This document shows, piece after piece, positions 12,691 through 28,726 of a stretch of DNA of 64,000 bases. Under the pieces are notes generated by a model. That model had not been told where the DNA came from and searched no databases. It saw only the letters and a list, made by a program, of their open reading frames with translations. The position numbers and the translations under genes were made by a program. Source of the stretch: Zygnema circumcarinatum SAG 698-1b (taxonomy: Eukaryota; Plantae; Zygnematophyceae); the NCBI GenBank assembly GCA_037447605.1, contig CM074815.1, positions 310,001-374,000 of the forward strand. The letters are read 5' to 3'. The stretch's first letter is position 1. Each line of letters opens with the position of its first letter.

Positions 12691-13544
12691 CTGAATCCAT
12701 TCGATACATGTTAAGCTCATGCAGGCACCAACACAGTACTGAAAGTCATACAAGCACATACATAAAGATCAAAGGAAAATGCGCAAAAAAACCAACACCC
12801 AAAAGCCAGAAAACACAAGAAGAACACAATCAATCGATACATATCCAATACGGATGTTGATACCTTTAGTGTTAATTTATTAGTTGAACAGCTAATTATT
12901 AATTAAGTACACGGATACTAACCAGTACGGAAGTATTGGAATACATCCTTGATACGGACAATACATCGTCAAGATTTTATTGTCAACAGACCTGGGAGTT
13001 CTTCACTTTTGACCGTTGGCTTTGTGGAAAACACTATATACTTGAATTCGAATATTCGATTCTATGCCCAGTTTGAATTCATGAGTCCTACGTGCCCTCT
13101 GAATAGGCTACTGTGATTTCAATGCACTGCTGAAATCGACTTTCCGTTCAGGAGCGAACGGAGTGCAGGAGAGTGGGAGGGAGAGTGCGGGGAAGTAGAC
13201 GGGAGAGAGGGAGAGAGCGAGGGGAGAGAGATATAGGGGGGGAGTGTGAGAGAGATGGGGTGAATGGAGATAGTTGAGAGGTCAGTGGGACGATGAGAGG
13301 ATTGGGAGGCGGTGAGAGAGAGGAGTGAGGTGAGAGAGAGAGTGAGCAAGAGAGAGAAGAGGAGCAATGGGGAGAGAGGAGATGCGAGGGGGACAGAGGG
13401 CGAGTGAAGCGAGCAAATGTGAGAGGTGGGGATGTAGGGATGAAGAAGGCAGGGGATAAGACAGGAGAAGGTCTATACACTGAGATTGAGAGAGAGAGGG
13501 AGAAAAAGGAACTTTATGCATTTACACAGAGAAGGAGAGAATAA

Positions 13545-13725
13545 ACTTGTACTTACAGAGAGAGAGAAAGGAAGTTTATGTACTTACACAGGAAGAGAGG
13601 AAGAGAGCGAGGAACTCTATGTACTTACAGAGGGAGAGAGGGAGAGAGGAAGAGAGCACGGAACTCTATATACTTACAGAGGGAGAGAGGGAGAGAGGAG
13701 GAGAGCACGGAACTCTATATACTTG
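13545..13725 (+). repeat. About 49-bp degenerate tandem repeat downstream of the desulfurase-like gene
   Basis: Units of tacttacagagggagagagggagagaggaagagagcacggaactctata, 3-4 copies. Confidence 0.75.
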
Positions 13726-13761
13726 GGAAGAGGAGAGTAAGTGCGAGAGAGAGAGAGAGAG

Positions 13762-13800
<39 letters not shown>

Positions 13801-13821
13801 CTCCGGTGAGCAAGTGATGCT

Positions 13822-15026
13822 TCAGAGAATGTTCTCCAATGCCTGAATGAGTCCGTCCACCTCTTCGGGCGTGTTGTAGTGCAGCATGGAAACGCGAACC
13901 ACTCCGTCGTGTTCCGTGTTCACACCAAACTGGTTCGCCAAAACGGAGGCCAAACGGAACGAGTACATGTGTCCGTGCCGCACCGCAAATCCCGCCTCTT
14001 GCATGGCTTTGCTAACTTCCGCCGATTTTTTTGCAAGGTGAACGAAACTTATGGTGGGAACACGCAGTTTCACATCCGTATTTAGAGGTCCAATAACTAT
14101 GACTCCCTCCTTAGAAGCTAAGTATTCCACCAGCTTCTCTTGCAGAGGGCGTTCCATGCTCGTAAACAGTTCAAACGCCCGTTCAATAGAAGCTCGACTG
14201 ACATGTGAAATCTCACCCTCTCCCTTCTCCTCCCTCTCCCCCTCCCTCTCTCCTTCCCTCTCTCCCTCCCTCTCTCCCGACATCAGTTCCAAGTACTTTC
14301 CAACTGCTAGCAGGCCTGCACAGCCTTCATGTGAAACCCCTCCGAGCTCAAACTTGTATGCAAAATCGTCCCCACTAATCCAATAGTGATTGGGACCCTC
14401 CTCCTTTAATTCATCAAATGCGGAATTTGTTCCGAAAAGAGCCGCCATGTGGGGTCCAAACACTTTGTATGTGCTAAAAACGTACCAATCAACACCCCAT
14501 TTTTTGACGTCAATTGCGCGATGGGGTGCAAATGCGACTCCGTCGACTATCACGCGAGCATTTGGACCAGCTTTTTCCTTCACAAGCTGCGAAAAATCGC
14601 AGAAGTGAAAGGCACAGAGAAGGGAGACGCAGAGGGAAAAAAAAAAGGAAAAAAATTAAGTGAAGGATGAGGGAGGGGATCGTTGAACCTGAATAGCGGT
14701 AGTTTTGTGCTTTCAGGGTTGTAAGATGAGTTTTGACAAACATTGGAGGGGAGGGGGGAGAGAGTGAGAGAGAGAGAGAGAAAGAGAGAGAGCACTGGAG
14801 AACAGGAATTGCGGTGAAAGACAGGGGAGGGGAGGAAGATGGATAGAGAGAGTGAGAGGGGAGGGTTGTGGGAGGGAACGAGAGAACGAAGATGGTGGTG
14901 AAAGAACGAGGGAGAGAGGGAGAGAGAGGGAGGAAGATGGATAGAGAGAGAGAGAGGAGGAACGGGAGAACGAAGATGGTGGTGAAAGAGAGAGGGAGAG
15001 AACGAGAGAGAGGGAGGAAAATGGAT

Positions 15027-15075
<49 letters not shown>

Positions 15076-16396
15076 AAGAGCCTCTAATCCTTACATGTCG
15101 CGAAAAGGCTCACCTTCACTACAGCCTCCACATCCGTTATTTCTCCCAAAAGGTTCGACACGTGTGCAAGAGCCACAATTTTGGTCTTTTCTGAGAGCAA
15201 GTTCAACAGTCCGGTCAACGGTGCCTGTTCAAAAGTCTCCGGATCCACCTTCCACAGTTTCAAAGTGGATCCGGCCCTCTTGGCGGCTCGCTCCCACGGC
15301 CCAACATTGGCCTCGTGGGCGGATTCGTGGATGATTACTTCGTCGGAGGGAGTCAATATTCGTGAGTAGCAGTCGGCGATCGTAGCAACCAATTGAGAGG
15401 TAGAGGGGCCTGCAAGAGAGAGAGCGAGAGAGAGAGAGAGAGGGGGAGAGGGAGAGAGAGAGAGGAAGGGAAACTGGAAGGTTGATTTTGGGTTCGAATT
15501 CGGGTCCAAAATTGAAATTACAATTGAATTTAACATTCAAACGTAAGTTTTGAAAAGTTTGGAATTCTGAATTCCGACTCTGAATTGAGAGGTATAGAGA
15601 GAGAGCGAGAGAGTCCGGCGAGACGGTGATAGAGGGAGATCTGAAAATGATCTGAATTTGTGTATAAAATCGAATAAAAAAGCGGAATCTGTGAACGAAA
15701 CCGAACTCACATTCAGATCAAGGCTTGGATTTAGAGTGCATTTTCCAGATCGGAGGTATTAAATGAGCTCAGGATTTCCAGGGTCTTAACGTTTCCAGAA
15801 AACTAAGAGTTTTTTACTTAAAACTTAAACTTTTTAAGGTAGGGATTTTCGGCTTTCAAGATAGTGTTTTTCTACTTTTGAGATCTGCTTGCCAAGATTG
15901 CTTTTAGTATCCAAAATTCCCTTCTTTTTTTTTTTAGGTTTTACAGGGCTACTGGCGGTTTCAAGCCTCCTGAAGCTCTGCAGGAGCTCAAGGATTTTAG
16001 GGTCTAAGCCCTCCAGTGTCCAGGGTTCAGGGTTCAGAGCTCAATTCTCAGTTTCCAGTTTCCAGAGTTCCAGGGTTCAGGGTTTAGAGCCTCGCCTAGA
16101 ACCACCTCCCCCCGGTCCCCCGCGTTCATGAAGACCTTGATAAAGTCATGTGCCGCCTCCACCGTTTCCGTTGCACGGACCGACATCGCGTAGCCCGCGC
16201 CCAACTGAGCGTACGACTGCAGCATGTAGCGCCGCACCGCCTCCGCGACCGCCAGAGGGACCTGGCTGCCACCCGCGTTCTCGAAAAAGGCCAAATTTTG
16301 GGAAATTTTTGGAGACCCATTGAGCGGATTAGAGGCAGAAAAGTAAGGGAATTGCTGGCGGGCTTTTTCGTAAAGGAGGGGGTCGGGGAGGGCCAT
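13822..16396 (-). CDS. Cysteine-desulfurase-like aminotransferase class V (PLP) enzyme, 3 exons
   Basis: Exon 1 16396-16096 (ARQQFP...AFFENAGGSQVP...YAQLGAGY...VVLG); exon 2 15409-15114 (PSTSQL...HESAHEANVGPW...VALAHVSNLLGEITDV); exon 3 14586-13822 (VIVDGVAFAPHRAIDV...DWYVFSTYKVFGPH [PLP lysine]...RVPTISF...GHMYS...VVRVSMLHYNTPEEVD). The motifs resemble the bacterial VC1184-type subfamily. Confidence 0.88.
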
Positions 16397-16408
16397 TGGA
16401 AGGGACCG

Positions 16409-16439
<31 letters not shown>

Positions 16440-16721
16440 NNNNNNNNNNGGGGGGGGTTCAGGTCCGTACATGGGACGGGATTAGGGTTCAGGGAAATTG
16501 AGTTTAGGAACAGGGAGAGTTTCTGACAGGAAAAAACGCAGTCAGCGAAGGATTGGACAAAGGTCATTATTTTGTAAGTTTATCACTTTTGTATCGCGCG
16601 GGAAAATATTTCAGTGACGGCGAATGTGTCGACAGCAGTTGCGTAGGCCGATCTATGGCTTGACTGCCGCAGTCTCACTGGAACGTAACAGAACTGGCAA
16701 ACTGAGGTAGTAGTTTCCATG

Positions 16722-17791
16722 GCAAACTATTGGTTCGTACAGTTTCTCTCCGCTCACTTTATTGGTCGGTACAGTTTCTCTCCGGTCACCCTATTGGTCA
16801 GTACAGTTTCTCTCCGCGCACCCTATTGGTCGGTACAGTTCCTCTTCGCTCACCCTATTGGTCCGTGCAGTTTCTCTCCGCTCACCCTATTGGTCTGTAC
16901 AGTTTCTCTCAGCTCACCCTATTGATCTGTACAGTTTGTCTTCGCTCACCCTATTGGTCCGTGCAGTTTCTCTCCGCTCATCCTACAGTGGGGGGTCCTC
17001 ATATTTTCCACCCTGTACAGTGCGCTCCCAAGAAATTCGCCCCGATTTTGCCGAAACCACCTTTTTGTACGGTAAGTCAATGTTAGCCGTACTGTTCGTA
17101 CTGTTCGTACTGTTCGTACTAGCCGTACGAGTTGTAGAATCGTCCCACAGGTGTCCGCCGTAAGAGGCGCTCGCTCCTCTCCTCGTCTGCTCCATATACC
17201 ATCCACATCAACCATCTACACGGCAAGCATATTGACTTTAAGAGGTGTTTTGGTATTGAGCGTCTTCCAAGTCGCACAAGGCACCCGTTTTGTTTCATTG
17301 CCGTGGAAGCCCGTCAACCCCCAGCCTAATATTAACTAACTCATTTATTTTATCATGGGTGTGCTCTTCCACTATTGATAATTATAGCATCATCAATGAG
17401 ACGAACAACGCGAAGAGCGGAAAACTACGTGTATGCGATACGATACGGCACGGTACGATAGATACGGTACGATATGGTACGATATGGTACGATATGATAC
17501 GATATTGGACGATACGATACGGAACAGTACGATAGATATTGAACGATACGGTACGATACGATACGATATTAGACGATACGATACGTACGGACAAACATGA
17601 ACTCTAACATGGTACCGAAAGCCTATTGGTAACACGGACCTTATATTTGCAAAATCAATATTTTCGCCCCTTTTTGGCCAATACCATGGCGAAAATATGA
17701 GGACCCCCCACTGTATTGGTCTGTACAATTTCTCTCAGCCCACCCTATTGGTCTGTACATTTTCTCTCCGCTCACCCTATTCGTCCGTACA
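16722..17791 (+). repeat. 32-bp tandem minisatellite, about 11 units, interrupted by a MITE
   Basis: Consensus ctcaccctattggtc(c/g/t)gtacagtttctctccg. Eight units precede the interrupted ninth, which resumes after 17713 and is followed by two more. Confidence 0.9.
16986..17713. mobile_element. Tc1/mariner-type non-autonomous element (MITE), 728 bp
   Basis: Perfect 22-bp TIR CAGTGGGGGGTCCTCATATTTT at both ends, flanked by TA (16984-85 and 17714-15). Removing it restores an intact repeat unit (ctcatccTAttggtctgtac). It has an internal (GATAC)n-like tract and no transposase ORF. Confidence 0.88.
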
Positions 17792-17867
17792 ATTTCACTC
17801 GCACGCCGAGGTCAACCACTAATGATTGGCACACACAACTTGGCAACTAACTTCGTGCCTTTTTCAA

Positions 17868-18816
17868 GGGTAGTGATATTTCCACCCCTTTTTTGGATCC
17901 AAACACCCCTTCCCGGCCGGGCAGATTTCAAAAGGGATCAAAAACGGAAAATGCTTTTTTCACACCTTTTTGGAATCGATACCCACCTTCTTCCGTCGGC
18001 TGATTCTATTTTTGCTAACCAAGGAAAATGATACCCCGTCACCGCATTTTGAATACTGTATCCCGCCTCCCTGAATTTTTTTTTTTGAGGGAAAAAAATA
18101 TCTGCCTGCCCGAATCCGCTCGGAGCGGAAGATCCGTCCGCAACGAGATCGTTCGCGGGTGTCCGTCCTTCACACGTGTGTGTCAATCGCAGCTGTCGAT
18201 TCCCTCGCAGATCGCACAACTGCAAAACACCGTTCGATCTGCAGCCGGGATCAATCTCAGCGAATGGAAAGCACCCACGAGTCCCGCCAAAACCGGACCG
18301 CAAGTGCGAATGCGCGCGTCCCTCGGCCCGAGACCTCGTCATCGTCAGCTCTCAGCCAATCAACATCTGCCACGTGTTAAATTTTTGACGTGGGAAGTTT
18401 TGATTGGTCCAAGCTCTCAATGTACGAAATATTGGGTTCCTCAAAGTTGCGACCGTACGCGACATGTGTACGGACAAACTTTTGAGACGAGTTTGGCGGG
18501 ATACGTGGGCACGTGCCATTCGCTGTGACCGAGCCTGGCTGCAGATCAAATACTGATCTGCCGTGTTGCGATCTGCGAGGGAATCGACGGCTGCGATTGA
18601 CCGCACGCGTGAAAATAAATCAGGTAGGCGGGATATTCAAAATGGGGTGACGGGTTGTCATTTTCCTTGTCGCAAAAATATGATCTGTCGATGGAGGGTG
18701 GGTATCGATTCCAAAAAGGTGTGAAAAAAGCATTTTCCGTTTTTAATTCTTTTTGAAATCTGCCCGGCCGGGAAGGGGTGTTTGGATCCAAAAAAGGGGT
18801 GGAAATATCACTACCC
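17868..18816. mobile_element. Foldback/Mutator-like non-autonomous DNA transposon, about 950 bp, with long TIRs
   Basis: The arms start GGGTAGTGATATTTCCACCCCTTTTTTGGATCCAAACACCCCTTCCCGGCCGGGCAGATTTCAAAA and are inverted over about 210 bp, then again over a second block (about 18170-18290 vs 18490-18610). There is an 8-bp direct repeat TTTTTCAA on both sides (17860-67, 18817-24). Confidence 0.85.
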
Positions 18817-19377
18817 TTTTTCAAACGTTAGTTAGTACCGGTAAAGCTGTTGGCATCGACAAAAAATGTCGAGAAGTCAATTTTTTTGCAAGGTGCTTTC
18901 TCATTTTCTATCGCAACATATCACCAAACGACTCCACATGCACTTTTGCACCACACAATCCCTCCAAACTATTTCGCTCAGTTCGTGGCATCATACGAAT
19001 TCTCAAACCAAGAAGAAATTTGGCATTGGTCTCACGCATGGCAGCCATGAAAGGTGCATGTTCAACAACAACCACAGCAACATGGGGACCTCTTCTGCTC
19101 CTAGCCCCACCAACACCAAAGCTTCCCAACTTCAACATTTCATTGGACCATGCGAAACTATCATGCCTCACACCAAAAGATTGTAACAATTCCCTCCATC
19201 CGCATCATCGCATCATGGCCCCATCGTAACATCCCACCAATTCATCCAAGTATATCATCCCATCATCCATCAAACATTGCAGCGCAGCCATCCCATCATG
19301 CTATGCTGCCAGACCATCCCATCCATGCCATGCCGTTCGTTCCTCCATGTCACCTTCATGGTCACCAGTCCTTACCA

Positions 19378-19808
19378 AGGGAAGGATTAGGGTTTAGGAT
19401 TCAAGGGACGGATTTGGGTTTCGGGTGCAAGGGAAGGATTAGGGTTCAGGGTTCAGGAGATGGATTAGGGTTTTAGGGTTGAAGGTAAGGATTAGGGTTC
19501 AGGATTCCAGGGAAGGATTAGGGTTTAAGGTTCACGGGAGGGATTAGGGTTTTAGGGCTGAAGAGAAGGGTTAGGGTTCAGGATTCCAACGAAGGATTAG
19601 GGTTTAAGGTTCAGGGGAGGGATTAGGGTCTTAGGGTTGAAGGGAAGGATTAGGGCTTCGGGTTCAGGGGAAGGATTAGGGTTTTAGAGTTGATGAGAAG
19701 GATAAGGGTTCAGGGTTCAGGGTTCAGGGGAAGGATTAGGGTTCAGGGTTCCAGGGCAGGATCAGGGTTTAAGGGTTTAGGGTTCAGGGGAGGAATTAGG
19801 GTTTAGGG
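19378..19808 (+). repeat. Degenerate telomere-like array directly upstream of the APE2 ATG
   Basis: Units such as ggaaggattagggttcagg/ggtttaggg. Confidence 0.85.
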
Positions 19809-19825
19809 TCCCAGGAGCCCCCGCC

Positions 19826-26708
<6,883 letters not shown>

Positions 26709-26744
26709 AGGGAGAGGGAGTGGAAGAGATAGAGGGAGAGGTAG

Positions 26745-27001
26745 AGGTAGAGAGAGGGAGAGGTAGAGGTAGCGGTAGAGGTAGAGGTAGGGGTAGAGGT
26801 AGAGGTAGAGGTAGAGGTAGAGGTAGAGGTAGAGGTAGAGGTAGAGGTAGAGGTAGAGGTAGAGGTAGAGGTAGAGGTAGAGGTAGAGGTAGAGGTAGAG
26901 GTAGAGGTAGAGGTAGAGGTAGAGGTAGAGGTAGAGGTAGAGGTAAAGGTAGAGGTAGAGGTAGAGGTAGAGATAGAGGTAGGGGTAGAGGTAGAGGTAG
27001 A
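26745..27001 (+). repeat. (AGAGGT)n hexamer array, about 40 units
   Basis: Directly visible, near-perfect in the centre. Confidence 0.95.
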
Positions 27002-28726
27002 GGAAGGGTTAGAAGTGAACAGCCTACTTTGTTACAAGAGGAACACAAGATGAGGGAAGAGGATAGGGGAGAGGAAATAGGGCCGGGACAGAAAAAGATG
27101 AGATGGAGGAAGAAAGAGAGAGAGAGGTAGAGGGAGGGGAGGAGAGAGTGAGAGAGAGAGAGAGAGGAATGGTGGAGGTACCCCTTCACCTGATTCCATT
27201 ATTGGAAGTGATTTGTAGGTAATTGGAGCCACATTTTATTTTGAATACAAATCCGGGCACCACAACTGTTGCCAGCCACAGAGAGAGAGTGGGAGAGGGA
27301 GAGGGAGAGACTGGTTCATTTGTCCGTACGAGATCACGCCACAAATCTGACAATGACTACAGCCACGTGGCACAAGTCTGGTCCTGATAGGTTCTCCGGA
27401 ATCGTCGCTGGTCAAATTAGTCCTTGTCGGTGCGCACGTGGCGATATTCTACTGGCTCCGTCTCCCACGTTGCCGTACATTGGGATCTTGACCCGCCTGC
27501 GGCAGGGTGAATTGTACGAACGGTGCCGGGCGGACAGATTTGGTCGGCAATTACGACAAATTAAACCGACAGAGCGAGGACCGCTACGCGCACACCCGTC
27601 GAGCCAAAAGCCAATGCGAATCCACCACGTCAACTTTTATGTACACGTGGCACGTCACCATTGGGTACCTGGACGTTTTCGCGGTTGACTTTAGGGACCG
27701 TTGAGAGCCGGAGGGTGACCGTTTTGGGGACCCGCTGGTCCCCAAAAGCTCCCCCCAAAGGATTTAGGGTTCAGAGCGGTCCGCCACGTGTCGTCCTCTC
27801 ATTGGTGGGGCGGTGGGTTTTGGATTATGGGAGAGCGGGAGAGAGAGGGGAAGGTCTATATGCAGAAAAAAAACGAAATTTTTGGTAAGTTTTTTTGGGT
27901 TTTAGATGGGGCAATTGGAAAGGACTGAGGACCCATTTGTATTATTAATATTTTAAAGCTACTACTAAAGCTTTTAGGGTTTTGTAGGGTTTAGGATTTT
28001 AGGGGATCCAGGGTTTAAGAGTTTGAAGGGGTATCAGCATCCAAAGTGGGTGCTTTGAAAACACTTGAAATGCTCTGCATTGTAAATCTTCACTTTTTTT
28101 AAAGTTTGCGTTTTGAAGGGGAGGCCATCCAATAGACTCTAAAAACCCTAAACCCTAAAACCCATAGTCATACTCATCGCCTGCATAGCCCCCCCCTCTC
28201 ATATTTTCACTTCGTGTTGATGCAGACTAAAACCTATCGATCCAATCAAAAACCACCTCCTGACTCTCCTTTTCATCAACAACAACATCTCTCTCTCTCT
28301 CTCTTTCTCTTTGTCTCTCACGCACTCTCTCTCTCCCTCTCTTTCTGTCACTCTCTCTCTCTCTGTCTCTCCCTCTCTGCCTGTCTCTCCCTCTCTGCCT
28401 GTCTCTCACTCTGTCTCTCTCGCTCTCACTATCCGTGTCCCTCTACATTTCTCTAGTCCTCTCCCATCTTATGAACCTCTCTCTCACTCGCTCCTCTTTC
28501 ACTCCCCCGCTCCCGGTACAAGTTTCTTCCTCCCCCCTCCCTCTCTCTCTCCCTCTCCCTCCCCCTCCCTCCCTCCCCCCCTCCCTCTCCCCCTCCCCCT
28601 CCCTCTCCCCCTCCCCCTCTCTCTCCCTCTCCCCCTCATTAGCGATACCGACATCATCACTCCCATCCTCCTCCTGATCATCCTCTCCTTCCGAACATCA
28701 CCATNNNNNNNNNNCCCTCCCTCCCA

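Noticed and set aside
16722-16985. CRISPR-like array (32-bp repeats)
   Set aside because: The units are head-to-tail with no unique spacers, there are no cas genes and the context is eukaryotic; it is a minisatellite.
26720-27130. RG-repeat protein ORF
   Set aside because: It is a frame of the (AGAGGT)n microsatellite after the APE2 stop.
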